Below are positions 1-12,449 of a stretch of 64,000 bases of DNA, piece after piece. The notes beneath the pieces were generated by a model. The model was not told the DNA's origin and made no database searches. It worked only from the letters and a program-made list of their open reading frames with translations. Origin of the DNA: Callorhinchus milii (Eukaryota); contig NW_024704742.1 of the NCBI RefSeq assembly GCF_018977255.1, forward strand, positions 83,268,001 to 83,332,000, in the 5' to 3' direction. Every line of letters starts with the position of its first letter. Within the stretch, counting starts at the first letter, position 1. The position numbers and the translations under genes were made by a program.

Positions 1-399
1 AAATATTAGAAAGTTCTTGAATTCAGTCTTCATTTGGAAGCTAGTTCTTAAAACAGATTTATAAATCAAGGTTGAAACTAAGAATTATACAAACATTTAC
101 ACGATTTTAGAATTTTTAGACCATGGCGTAAAGCCTTGAGAAATTTCAGAACTCCGAACATATCTGCAATCACTCCATTGTGCCATTGCTGTAAACTTAT
201 TAATGATATAGCACCCCTTCGTTATTGAAGAAAAGATAGTTCAGTAAATCCGACGAAACCGAAGGTTGTAACATAAAACAAAATGAAATGCACCATCGAG
301 TTTCATTCAATGTGTGGTTGGAGTAACAACACAGCAACATCAATATAGTCATGGCATTTTGCAAGCCCATGCTCATAAGGGTAGTGGAAGATCCGGAAC

Positions 400-595
400 T
401 CTCTTTCCCCAAAAGGTTGTGGCTGCTGGATCAGTTTACAATTTTCAGGTTGATAAATTTGTGTTAGGCAAGGATATCAAGGATTATGGAGCAAAGGCAG
501 GTAAAATGAGTTGAGGTACAGATCAGCCATGATCTAATAGAATGGCGGAACAGGCTCAAATTGTTGAATGACCTACTCCTGTTACTATGTTCCAA
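400..595 (+). mobile_element. CR1-type LINE 3' end fragment
   Basis: Ends ...gatcagccatgatctaatagaatggcggaacaggctc...gaatgacctactcctgttactatgttcc, resembling chondrichthyan CR1 3' tails. A similar tail lies at ~59480-59540. Confidence 0.7.
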
Positions 596-857
596 TGCAG
601 GACTACCTACTTTCAAACAGTGTCAGTATGTTCTGTTGAAAACTCCGTCATTTGGCACCTTTCATGTCGTGAGGGTGTCTCAAAGTACTTCACAGGATTT
701 AACTGTAAAATGTAATTGACAATATATTTCAGAACAACAGCAGCAAAATTATATTTGTATAGTGCCTTTCACGTCGGGAGGACGTCTCAAGGCACTAGAA
801 CGGATTGAAAAGTACAGTAAATGTACTGACATAGTGCAAATGCTGGCTTTGTTTTAT

Positions 858-1005
858 TTATAATCCTTGTATTTGATATAGATGCCTTTTTGCGTTGTTG
901 AGAAGTGTCCAAGAGCTTCACCGGTTACAATGTAAAGCAGAATGGCTGCATTTTGTGGGCGAAACATGGCAGCCAATTTGTACACAACGATGTCCCACAA
1001 ATAGC
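858..1005 (-). mobile_element. SINE 3' half (Deu 3' part plus L2-type tail)
   Basis: Reverse complement matches the 3' part of the full SINE copies at 6696 and 13017. Confidence 0.75.
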
Positions 1006-2079
1006 CACAATTTAAGAAAATAAGCAGAAAGTGAATGATAAAATAAAGTTGGGATCCTTATCAGCTTGAATGGTCCTGTTGGAACAATCTACTAGAAATG
1101 TTAATTTGAACAATATTTGGCCTACAATATAACCAAGTTTAATAAATCTTTTTTTAAATCAGTTGTACATTATATCTGCCTTAGAGGGATCTTGGCAAAG
1201 CAAAAATCTTCCATCACTGCCAGATGTTTCTTTTAGTGGGAGTCACAATTATGACAATTAATCAATTTATTTTTAGGCTGTACATGTATATAAATGTCAA
1301 AGTCTTCTGGATTGATTTTGTTTTTGTTTTACAAAAAGAAAAACAGTTTCCAGAGAGTTTGTCTTTTGAGCCTGGAGTTCAGGTAAAACATTTTGATCAA
1401 TTCTTTTTGCATGTTGAAAACAATTTCGACATTTGATTGGCTTTCTTTTTAATGAATCTTGGAAAATTCCTTCTACACAGAGGAAAATTCAACAACTTCT
1501 AGACTATTACAATGTTTACACTGCTGGAAGCAAAGCCAGTTGAATAGCGTAGAACAAAGATTTATAGATCCCAGTCTTTTAAACGTTGAGGCTGTTAAAA
1601 CAACTAACCCCCACTTTTGGCATTCTGCACTTACACCAACCTGCCGTACAAGAGTTATTCGAATGTTGAGAGTGTTGTGAAATAATGAGACTTCTCCGGG
1701 GTCTATAAAATGTGTGCTTGGCCCGCTGCCTGTGACAGTGGGCATTTAAGACTGCAGCCGAACAAATTTTAAAAAAGGTTTCAGACCAAACTGTTGTGCA
1801 GACCTGAGATCTAACTTTCCCTATCTCTATGTGGTGGGATATGCATCAGAGGACTTGCTTTTACATAAAAACAAAAACTTGCATTTATATAGCACGGTTC
1901 ATGCGGGACAGCGTCTAGGAGCGCTTAGGAATAGCATTAACCAACTAAACTACTATATACACTTACAGTGGAATCTGCTTTTGCCAGACACCAGTTAACC
2001 CTGCATGTTGGATAAATTGAACAACACAGCAGTCCCCAATGTGTCCAGCTTAACTGGCTTCCACTCTATATATAAATAA

Positions 2080-2232
2080 CCTGTTCGTGGAACACTCCTA
2101 TGCACAATTGGCTGCTGCGTTTTGCCCACAAAATACACAGTGAATCCACTTTACAATATATTCTGTGAAGAACTTTGAGACCCTCAACGACTTGATAAGA
2201 CTCTATACGAAACGCAAGGATTATTATTATTA
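2080..2232 (+). mobile_element. SINE 3' half
   Basis: gcacaattggctgctgcgttttgcccacaaaatacacag...gcaaggattattattatt matches the SINE 3' end. Confidence 0.8.
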
Positions 2233-2924
2233 CCCTGTGACAATTTTTGGAACGTAAAGCTAGGCAGTAAAGAACTTCACTTAGAAAAGATGCACATTCA
2301 CCTTCAGCTTGGTATAATAGGGCGAGCAAAGCCAAGCTATCATTTCAGCAGTGTAACAATATCACCATTTTGTCTCATAACCAATTCTAGGGCATTGAAC
2401 TAGACTGAAGACAGCTTTCCAGTATTCCAGGGATCAGTTCTCAGTCAAATTGTGTTCATTGTATTATAATAATGAACTCTCTTCTTGTGGAACAATTTCT
2501 AAAGGTTTTACATATGCGGATTGCATTACCATTCTCTGCATTTTTTTCCCGTTGAAGTTCTCACCAACCAGTGTGTGTGTAAAAAATCAATTACACTAAA
2601 TATTCAAACAGTGCCATTGTCGTTGTGTTGAGATGGTAAGTTGAAGGCCCATTCTCTCCTTGTTCTATTTAAACCAGTGTTATGTACAGTGTTATGTCTT
2701 TCTTCCTCATCTGAATACAGTATATATTGGAATGTGATTTTGGATCTGATGCCTGTATTTTAAGGAACTTGTCAGTAAAATGGCTACAGAATTGTACAGC
2801 AGGTATGAACTAAAAGTGATGGTTTATTTGCAGTGCATCTTTTTTTTAAAAAATCTTTTTAATTTCAAGCCTGCAGGACATGACATGACATGTACAACTT
2901 CTTCTCAGTGTTTTCTACCATCTT

Positions 2925-3292
2925 GGTCAAAACTGTTTGATCAATGCTGCAACATCTGGTTTATTCTGGTGTGTAGCTCACATCACACCCAATGCAGCCG
3001 AAAACCTCGTCCACGCTTTCGTCATCTCCCGCCTCAACTTCGCCTTCTTCGCCCATCCTTCCTATAAACATTTTGGCTACTGGAGAGCATTGCCTAGTTA
3101 TCTACAAAACTCAACTTTCCCTCCGAGTCTTCAATTAATCTTTGACCATGGTTTAGAGCACCTTCCCTCCTCTCCTCAGCTCCCATTCCCCCCTCACCAC
3201 CAGCTCAGGATTCCAGTAAGTTGTGTGAAGTGGTTTGAGATGTCCTTCCTCCCCCCACCCCAACTTATGTGAAAGGTGCTGTATAAATGTAA
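2925..3292 (+). mobile_element. Decayed L2 LINE 3' fragment
   Basis: Peptide ITPNAAENLVHAFVISRLN matches the L2 ORF2 C-terminal region of younger copies (LTPHAAETLVHAFITSRLDY). Ends in gtgaaaggtgctgtataaatgt. Confidence 0.7.
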
Positions 3293-3453
3293 ATCAGGAC
3301 CCACATGCTCTTGAATCACAGGATATGACAGCACAGAAACATGCCATCCATTCCTTCAAGTTTAAGTTTGCGATAGTATTTTTCTCCACATGAGTCTATG
3401 GAATCTGTTCTTTCTTCCCACTCCCTTTTAATATTCCTCCTCCTTCAAACATC

Positions 3454-3830
3454 TCAGGTTGACAGAACATCAATGGAACTGGGATCCCAACTAGAAAAGA
3501 AAAAGTAGATTTGAGTGTCATCCACATACATGTTGACCTCATGTCTGCAGATGATGTCGCCAAGAGGAAGTATATAGCCAAGGAAAAGGAGACGGCCGAG
3601 GACAGAGCCCTGAGATACTCCGCAGGTGATCATGTGAAGGTGGGCAGAGACAAAGTGGAGGAAGCAGATAAAGTAGGAATTGAATTTAGAGAGTGCAGTC
3701 CCATGGAGGTGAATGAGGGAAGAGAAGTAATCATGGAGGATCGAATGGTCTACAGTGTCAAAGCCATCAGAGAGGTTGAAGAGAACACAAGATGGGAAAT
3801 GGTTTATCGGGAAGTGTGATTGAAGGTCTG
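3454..3830 (-). mobile_element. Decayed L2 reverse-transcriptase fragment
   Basis: ORF 3454-3924 contains LSDGFDTVDHSIL, GVSQGSVLGRLLF and MYVDDTQIY, which are non-LTR RT motifs. Confidence 0.85.
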
Positions 3831-5039
3831 ACTCATATAAAAATGGCTTGATGCTGTACTGGGAGGATAATAGGGTTAGTAATCTGGAAAGATGAGATAA
3901 AATGGACTGAAAGATCTTTTTCATCCAAACCTCTCTTGTGATCTAATCTAAAGTTAGGGTCAACTGCTAGACCTTATGTTGCATCTTGGAATTTCTATAC
4001 TAGTTATTATTAATTCAATTTACTGCACCTTATTGACAAAAATACCTATGTAAATTCTGTTGAAGAGATCTCACTGGAAAAATCTATTACCGTATTTCAA
4101 TGGAGATTTTTACTTAAAAAGATACAGTACAAATCAAGAGTATAAATCATGTGCTGAATCCCCCAGCTGGGAACCTTTATAGAGGTCCTTTCAGTAGTAG
4201 ATCTATTCACTCTATTGCTGTATTAATGCTGGTGGAAGAATTGATTCAGCCTCCGTTCAAAACTACTCCCTTAAAAGCTTTTGGACATTCCAGTGGAACA
4301 TTTCTAATGTTATCAAAACGTACTCTTTAATAATGCTAAAAACATACGCTGGTTTGGTTAGTGGAGGGCTTGGTGAGGACATTTGAGAGCAGGAAATCCA
4401 AAACTTGCTCCCCACTCTGAATCACTCTATATGAAGTGCTACAACACAGATTCCAGGAGCGTAAAGGAGCCACTGAACGATTGCAGTTCTACAAAAAGAT
4501 TGGCATTTGAACAGATTAGGGAGCGCCCGTGTCAGTACAAATTGCACTTATTCCACCAGGAGGAAGGCTTCTCAATAGTTTGATTGACTTTCTCTGGTTC
4601 CATACTTATGCTTTTATGTTTTGCAGAGCTGACACCTTTGATTCTTGTTGAATGTTTTTAAGAGCTTGCCTCATTATTTGTTCAAATAATTACTGACTCC
4701 CTTGTTTCAAATATGTTTCTGCCTGAACGTTTGAACTCCTGACTCAAACATAATTGGTGGTCACTGTACTTCGCGCTCATTATTCCAACAATTCTTTATC
4801 TCAAAGCATTAGGGATTTACTCGAAGTGTGTACCACACAGTGGGTACACAGTAGCATTAAAAAGTAGAAAAGAATAATGAATTTCAATGCCATTGCACAA
4901 TACAGCAATTATAACGATCATGTAAACACAGAACCATCAACAGTAACATTGCAGCTGTGTGAAGTGATTTGAGATATCCTCCCGAGGTGAAATGTGTTAC
5001 ATAAATGTAAATTGTTGTTGTTGTTGTTGCAGTCATTGA

Positions 5040-5230
5040 GGTCCAAATGTTGCTTCAGCTAATATCACATGGGCTAACAATATTCAAATGCATACAAGAG
5101 TTCTGAATTATGTAATCAAATCACCCGTAATCTTTTTTGTTGTTTATTTACAATAAATCAAGGTACTTGTATGCATTTGAACATGGTTAGACTATGTGCA
5201 ATTAGCCAAACTTCCATTTTACACCCAATT
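5040..5230. repeat. Old palindromic (hairpin) element
   Basis: Inverted arms ~5058-5098 and ~5166-5206, with a perfect 16-bp core TTCAAATGCATACAAG/CTTGTATGCATTTGAA. Confidence 0.7.
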
Positions 5231-5651
5231 TGTATTATTCACTTGGCTGTATCAGCCAAGTGAGATGGTTCGACACCCCTATATGTACACAAACGATACA
5301 GCTCATTCCCCCTCACAGTATATACTGGGTGGCTTCTGTGTTCAATCCTCACTAAATGAGTGCAAGTTCCTATAACTAGGTATAACTTGACTGATGAGTT
5401 CTTCAACGATGACAGGTACTACCAATTGCTATTTAAATTAAAGCGTATTGGGAAGCTTCCTTCCTCAGTCCTTTATTCTAAACAAACTGTGACATAGGAT
5501 CAACCCTGTTTGTGTTTTCCCTCCTTTGATTTATACAGAAAGCTCGAGAAAGTAAACTCAACAGAATTTTATTGCAGTTTCAATGAAATCCACAAACCTC
5601 AGCATTAAATCTTAAATGACCCAGTAAATATCAACAAACACAACTATAAAA

Positions 5652-6562
5652 TAACAACAACAACAAGATTACATTTATATACGGCCTTTCACATCGGGAG
5701 GATGTCCCAAGGCACTGGACAGTATACAGCATTTCAGACCCGAGCTGGGGTCAGGGAGGGAGAAGGGAGGGGAGGGTTGGCCAATACCATGATCGAAGAG
5801 GAGGGTTTTGAGGTGGGACTTCAAGGAGGCAAAGGAGGGGGCGAGGCGGAGTGATTGGGGGATGGAATTCCAGATGCAGAGTGGCTGAAGGCTCTCCTGC
5901 CAATGGTGGGGCAGGTGGGTCAGGGGACGTGGAGCAGGCTGGAGCCAGCTGAACGGAGGGAGCGGGCGGGTTGGTAGGGGGTTAGGAGGTCGCAGCGCTT
6001 TGGGACATCCTCCCGACATGAAAGGCGCCCAAAAATGTAATTTTGTTGTTGCTGTTGTTGTGGGGTGGGGCGAGGCCATGGAGGGCTTTGTAGGTGAGGA
6101 TCAGGATCTTGAACTAGATCCTTTGAAGGATAGGGAGCCAATGGAGTTGGGAGAGAATGGGGCAGATGGGGTTGCGGAGTTTGGTGCGGAAGAGGACATG
6201 GGCTGCAGAGTTCTGGATTATCTGCAGCCTGTGGAGGGAGGGGTTGGGAAGGCCGACAAGCAGGGCATTTGCATAGTCGAGCCTGGAGGTGATGGAGGCA
6301 TGAACAAGAGTTTCAGTGGCCTGAGGGGTGAGGTAGTGGCGGAGTCGGGCGATATTACGGAGGTGAAGGAAGGCAGAGCGGGTCATGGCTTGGATGTGGG
6401 GAAGAAAAGACAGTTGAGGGTCGAACAAGACACCTAGGTTCCTGACTGGTTTGGTGAGTTGTACTGTCCAACCATGGAGATTGATGCTGCCAGAGCCTGA
6501 GGTGCAGAGGTACTGGCACGCGCCAATAAGGGGGGGCCTCAGTCTTGTTCACATTCAACTGT
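5652..6562 (-). mobile_element. 5'-truncated L2-clade LINE
   Basis: Frameshifted ORF2 pieces (LNVNKTEA; FDPQLSFLPHI...ITSRLDYANALLVGLP...LHWLPI), a pyrimidine-rich 3' UTR and a (TTG)n tail. A second tail-like segment sits internally at ~5995-6061. Confidence 0.9.
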
Positions 6563-6695
6563 AATCACACTTAACTAAACACGCTAGAGGCCACTTGTAA
6601 CGATGTTAATGTAAAGTGCATGAAAAAACAACAACTGACTTACTACTCATCAATAGTCAGGGCACACAACTTTTGATGTTATCAGGTAAAAGTGT

Positions 6696-7070
6696 GGAGT
6701 CCTGCATCTCAGTGGTTCGAGCACTTTTCTTGCAAGCAAGAGATCTGGGTTGCATTCCTGGCAGGGCGAAATTTTGGGCAAGTTTCCTTACTCCACAAGC
6801 CTCTGTTTACCTAGCAGTAAGTAGGAATCCAGTTGTTAGTTGATTGGCAGATTGCTTTTCCGGGGATAAGTATCCCTCAACAAAATCAATAATAATTTGG
6901 TCACCCAATCCACGGCTGTTTGTGGGACACTGCTGTGCGGAATTAGCTGCCGAGTTTCGCCCACAAACATAGAGTCAATTCACTTTACAGTCTATTCTGT
7001 GAAGCGCTTTGAGACGTCTAGAAGACGTGAAAAGCACCATATCAAATGCAAGGTTTATTATTACTATTAT
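6696..7070 (+). mobile_element. tRNA-Ala-like SINE, long subfamily, full length
   Basis: GGAGTCC head with A/B-box-like motifs, a ttgggcaagt...gcctctgtttacctagcagtaagtagg body, the Deu-like segment and a (TAT)n tail. Confidence 0.9.
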
Positions 7071-8185
7071 TCACACGAACAGAAGTAATACCACAGAGAC
7101 GTATATCATTAGGAACATCATTGTGGAGACTAGCACAAAAGTCATGGCAAAGACCAACACCACCTTCACATTTAAACAGTCCTGCTTGCCTGTTTTGTAG
7201 GATGTTACAATTCCATGCCACTTATGGAAAATAAAAAAAGAGTTTTCTCCTATTATTCTGGCCAACAATCCCAGATTAATTGATGATTCACCTTCAGACT
7301 GTTTGTGAGATCTTGCTGACGCAAAGGGCTGCCACATTTGCCTACAAAAAAAGCAATCACTGCACTTGACAGTAATTAGCTGTGAATTATATTAAGATGA
7401 TTCGATTTAATGAGACTCAAGTTGAAAATGCAAGTTGATCCTTTCATCAGACAGGTACATAAAAGAATCGAGCAGAGCCGGAGAAACAACTTGGTCAGAA
7501 TCAAACTGAACAGTTGTATCAGTAACTAAACCAACTGGCCTCATTTATTTTGATTTTCCCCAGATTTGCTTAATGTTTCCCCCAATTTCCCTGGAACTTT
7601 GGATCTCATTTAGTTTCTCTTGATTTTTCCGATGTTTACTTCCAGGATTGTGTTTTTCTGGTTTTTGATGTTTTTTTTGTGAATCTCTGGTTATTTCTGT
7701 ATCTTTCTCACTCTCAGTGTTTCTTCCAGTTTAAACACAGTAAATCTAGGTGAAATGATTTGATTTCAAAACCAACATGTTTTACATTCTTACCATCCCG
7801 GAATTTGTTTTTGATTTATTTAGCTTTATTTCTTGTTTGTTTTATTTCTAATTCAGCAAAGTGCCAGGGATTTTTTGTTGTTGCAGCCTTTCTCTGATGG
7901 CTCACAATTATGTTTCTGGGTGTATTATTGAGTTAGGTTCTCCATTTATATTTTTGTTCTCACACTTCTTGTTTGCCCCCTAGTGGATACCTTTACAGTT
8001 ATACGCTGATCAAGGTCTTAAAACAGCTTTTGAAGGCAGATGATGTGGCACGGAAACACCAGATGGGAAAAGGATGAAGATGCCTTTTAACAAAAAGGAC
8101 TCTGAACTCATCAACCAAAAGCCGACAACATGTTCAAATTAGGAAAAATGTTCTGAATCCGCTTTCAGTTACACATTAAAAAAAA

Positions 8186-8451
8186 GGCAAAGCTCTGCAG
8201 ATGCCGGAAATCTGAAATAAAAACAGAAGTCGCTGGGAACGCTCAGCAAGTCAGGCAGTGTCTACGGAGAGTGGAAAGTGAGTCAACGTTTCGGGTCCAT
8301 GACATTTCGGTGTTCTGACAAAGGAAAAGAAAGTGAGTTCTGATGAGTTTTGACGAAAGGTCATCGACCTGAAATGTTAATTCACTTTCCTCTTTCCATA
8401 GATGCTGCCTGACCTGCTGAGTGTTCCCAGCGACTTCTGTTTTTATTTCAG
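8186..8451. mobile_element. Palindromic Penelope-like non-autonomous element with degenerate hammerhead motif
   Basis: Inverted arms ~8212-8308 and ~8353-8451. CTGATGA at 8340 and (T)TGACGA-AAGGTC-ATC-GACCT-GAAAT-GTT at 8350-8378. Confidence 0.7.
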
Positions 8452-8787
8452 TTAGATATAGCTGGACTGAAATTTCCATCTCCACTCATGGGTTTCACCC
8501 CACAACCTGGAGACTCCTCACACCAAACACCCTCACACCAGACACCCCTCACACCAGATACTCCTCACACCAGATACCAGACACCCCTCACAACAGACAC
8601 CTCTCACACCAGATACCAGACACCCCTCAAACCAAACATCAGACACCTCTCACACCAGGCATTCTCAAACCAGACACCAGGCACCCTCACACCAGACACT
8701 AGACACCTCTCATACCAGACACCCTCACATCAGACACCAGACATTCTTACACCAGACACCAGACAACCTCACACCAGACACCCCTCA

Positions 8788-9439
8788 TGTTAGAATTTAC
8801 ACTTTTTGTATAATGTTAGAATCATAATAGATGTTGCGAACGGGTTAGCTTTTAAGTTAAGTGTGGGGGGTCAACTGAACTGAAACTCATGAGTTTACAC
8901 TCAAGATCACATGAGTGTCTCAAAGGCAAGATGTGTACTACTGCCCTGGATGTACACAAGATAACGGACTGTCTCAAGGACAGTGTATTTGTGTGTGTGA
9001 GGCACGTACACCCTATGAGGTGCTCACGTGAACCCAGCATGATTTCGACAGGTGATCTAATGTCCGCACCATGATTGGACGAACATCAGTATAAGAGTTC
9101 TGTTAACTTTGTAAACGGGGCCATACCGGGCTGCGGAGACAAGGGTACGGGAGATGGAAGACTGAGAGCTGGAAACACTCAGACTGAGGATATCAGATGG
9201 AAGATTGAAAGCTGCAAGAAGACTGAAAGCATGAAGAATCAAGCTTGTGTGCTGGAAAGACACAGTGTTGAACTCGAGATATCTACGGTGGTATTATTCT
9301 GTTATAAGATCTGTTAATTGTACCGGCCTTTGGTCTGACCCATTGGGAAACTGGGGAATAACGAATAATAATAAAGGAAAGGTCTAATATCCGGTTGCAA
9401 ACGGATGATGGCTTTTTCTAACACTTTTTTTTTCTAACA
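8788..9439 (+). mobile_element. Solo LTR (Gypsy or ERV type, unassigned)
   Basis: TGTTAGAA...TTCTAACA termini; CTCA TSD at 8784-8787 and 9440-9443; ATTGG 9074, TATAA 9090, AATAAA 9370. Confidence 0.85.
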
Positions 9440-9487
9440 CTCACACCAGACACCCCTCACACCAGACACCCCTCACATGTGGGATGT

Positions 9488-9810
9488 GGAATCCTGTACC
9501 TCAGTGGTTAGAGCACTTGCTTTGCAAGCAAGAGACCTGGGTTCAATTCCAGGCAGGGCGAAACCTTGGGCAAGTTTCCTTACTCCACACGCCTAATAAT
9601 AATCCCTCCAAAACAAAAGAAACCCAATAATAAATTGGTCATTTTCAATCTACGACTGTTTGTGGGATACTGCTGTGCGCAATTGGCTACCGCGTTCGCT
9701 CACAAATACACAGTCAATTCACTTTACAATATATTCTGTGAAGCGCTTTGGGTCGTCTAGAAGACGTGAAAAGCGCTATATCAAATGCAAGGATTATTAT
9801 TATTATTATT
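9488..9810 (+). mobile_element. tRNA-Ala-like SINE, short subfamily
   Basis: Full head. cacacgcc joins directly to taataataatccctcc (internal deletion). Intact tail. Confidence 0.9.
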
Positions 9811-10956
9811 GTAACAGACACAAGACAACCCTCCCTCCAGAAACCAGACACCCCTCACACCAGACACAACCTCACACCAAACACCAGACACCCCTCACAT
9901 TGGACTCCAGACACCCCTCACATCAGACACCAGACACCCCTCACACAAGACACCCTTCACACCAGACACCAGACACCCCTCACACCAGAAACCCCTCACA
10001 CCAGAGGCTGCTTTTCCTCAAATTATCCAGAGTACTTTCTAGCTAACATGAAAATGAACTCCATCCAAAATAAAGAAATCTAAATAAATGACTCAATCAC
10101 TAATGCTTGATTTCCTCCATGACCATAGAGAGGGACACAATAATTTTGATGTCTGAAATGCCTGAAAGACATTGTACAGTCGGTCACAAGTCTGCCCAAC
10201 AGCTGACACCTGTTATCTTTTGGCTCCATTCTTGAGTCCTTCTGTATCTGTTAACATTCTGAACCCCACTATCGGCTTTGACCTCAAGAGGAACCACTTT
10301 GTTGTCTGCATCAGATAAAGCAGCTTTTAATAACTTTAGTTTGGTTTGTTATCTTTAGGCAGAGACAGAGTACAAAAGAAGATTTGCCATCAGATAAATG
10401 AGTTCCCTCTCCTCTGGCTCTGAACCTCTCTTGCTTCATCATATCAGAAGACCACAACATTGGTCTGGATGAAGAACCCCATTTGGCCCATCCAATCACA
10501 TTCCTTCAGAACACTCACCCCCATCACAGTACTTGTTTAGTACTAAATACTTCTGTACGAAATACCTCCACTTGCATTGGGTAACCATCTAGCCATTTAT
10601 GAAAAGGTCATTCAGCACACCAGCATTCACCAAACCAGGATTGTTAAGGGCCTTGGAATATCCTCCCGACATATAAAGCACTAATAAATGTAAGCTCCTT
10701 CTTTTATTGTTATATCAAACCAGCTCGTCCCTGTTGACCATGTACAGTTTGCCGCTTCATAGACACCGATCCAAATCTGATCTGAATAACTTATAATACT
10801 TCCAAGAAGATACATCCCTGAAATGTTTCATTTATATCCCTGAAGATACACAAAGGAAAAATTCCGACATAGCAATGTAGAATTACAGCTAATAGTCAAG
10901 CTTGATCAGTAACATTCCATAGAGGACATTCCCCTGGTCCCAGCAGGACAGCAACT

Positions 10957-11212
10957 AATAATAATAATAATCCTTGTATTTGATATAGCGCTTTTCATGT
11001 CTTCTAGACTTCTCAATGCGCTTCACAGAATATACTGTAAAGTGAATTGACTGTACATTTGTGGACGAAATGCAGCAGCCAATTACGTACAGCAGTGTCC
11101 CACAAACAGTTGTTGATTGAGTGACCAATTTATTATTGTTTCTTTTTCTTAAGGGATTATTATCAGGTGTGTGGAGTTAGGAAACTTGCCCAAGGTTTCG
11201 CCCTGCCAGGAA
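10957..11212 (-). mobile_element. tRNA-Ala-like SINE, short subfamily, 5'-truncated
   Basis: Reverse complement matches the 9488 copy from the B-box region onward, including the internal deletion. Confidence 0.85.
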
Positions 11213-11844
11213 TATGTCCCATAAGGTATTTGATCAACTGTGGTGTGTGTTGATCTTCAAAACCCTCAAACCCATTTTGAATCAGATATTCACCCAGCTC
11301 TCTTCAATGGAGATAATGGACATACCATTCCCTATGTCTGTTTTAACACAGATGGTTTTGCATATGGACTATTCAGTCAATTCTTAATCCAGTTCAACAG
11401 TATCAGTTTATACAGAAAAATTGCATTGGTCAACGTCATCACCTATCTATTCTAGTGACTCCAGCCCATCTGTTCTTCCTCCTGTCTCTGTAGTTCAGCT
11501 ATGCCAGAAGGATTCTATTTCCTGGAGTTATTAGAGTACTTCTGCTTGCACTGTTTGTAACTGACTACAGTTGGGGGTCAGCATCAGATGCTTCCAAGCA
11601 AACCAATTCAATCCTACAGCAGCCCAAGGAATGGATTGTGAAGCCTGTAGGAATGCAGACTCTCAGACAGCCAGTGCAGTGTTTGCACACAGAGCTGTCG
11701 CTATACAAAGACAGCCTATTATTTGTACGTCTAGTAAAACAGATTAACACTGATGCATTCTTTGTTCTCCAGTCATTCTCTAGACAACATTAACTTCAAG
11801 TGAAGGATAATATATCTACTGTAGGTTGAAATAATCATTTAAAA

Positions 11845-12230
11845 GCACACAACCAAGGTGGCAGGACAGGTAGAACATGCTGTTAAAAAAGCATACGGGA
11901 TACTAAGCTTTATAAGTAGGGGCATAGAATACAAAAGTCAGGAAGTTATCCTGAACCTTTATACAACACTGGCCTCAGCTAGAGTACTGTGTTCAGTGGA
12001 GAGGGTACAAAGTAGATTTACCAGGATGGTACCAGGAATGAGAGACTTCAGTTATGAGGAGAGCCTAGAGAAGCTAGAGTTATTCTCCTTGGAGCAGAGA
12101 AGGTTAAGAGGAGACTTAATGGAAGTTTTAAAAATTATAAGGCGATTCGATAGGGTGAACAGGAGAAAGTATTTCCACTGGTGGGTGGGTCGGTAACCCG
12201 AGGACACCGATTTAAAATAGTTGTTAAAAA
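11845..12230 (+). mobile_element. CR1 LINE ORF2 C-terminal fragment
   Basis: AVKKAYGILSFISRGIEYKS...ERVQSRFTRMVPGMRDFSYEESLEKLELFSLEQRRLRGDLMEV is a canonical CR1 ORF2 C-terminus. Confidence 0.9.
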
Positions 12231-12449
12231 TAACAAATTCTATGAACCCATTAAACAGACACAAGAGAGCTTTGTACCCCGATTTTTTTTATCTTGGTCT
12301 AATCAAACCAACAAATAGTTATTTTATTGCTCTTTAAATGTCAAAAAATGCCAGTTTAATTTTTATCAGGCTCATCAAATTCTGTTGCATTTGAAGATTC
12401 CGAGGGTCATAATATTTATTTTCTGTAAAGATTATTTAGTCCGTAGATA

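Larger units (their letters stand above)
8512..10005. repeat. Minisatellite of CACCCCTCACACCAGA units with optional CACCAGA, interrupted by an LTR and a SINE
   Basis: Degenerate 16/23-bp units at ~8512-8787, 9440-9477 and ~9815-10005. Confidence 0.9.

Noticed and set aside
213..275. Hammerhead-like arrangement (CCTTCG...GACGAAACCGAAGG)
   Set aside because: No CUGANGA in the required position; it needs two or more core changes.
8421..8793. Repetitive T/P/H/D-rich ORFs or a CRISPR-like array
   Set aside because: Translations of a minisatellite. There are no unique spacers and the context is eukaryotic.
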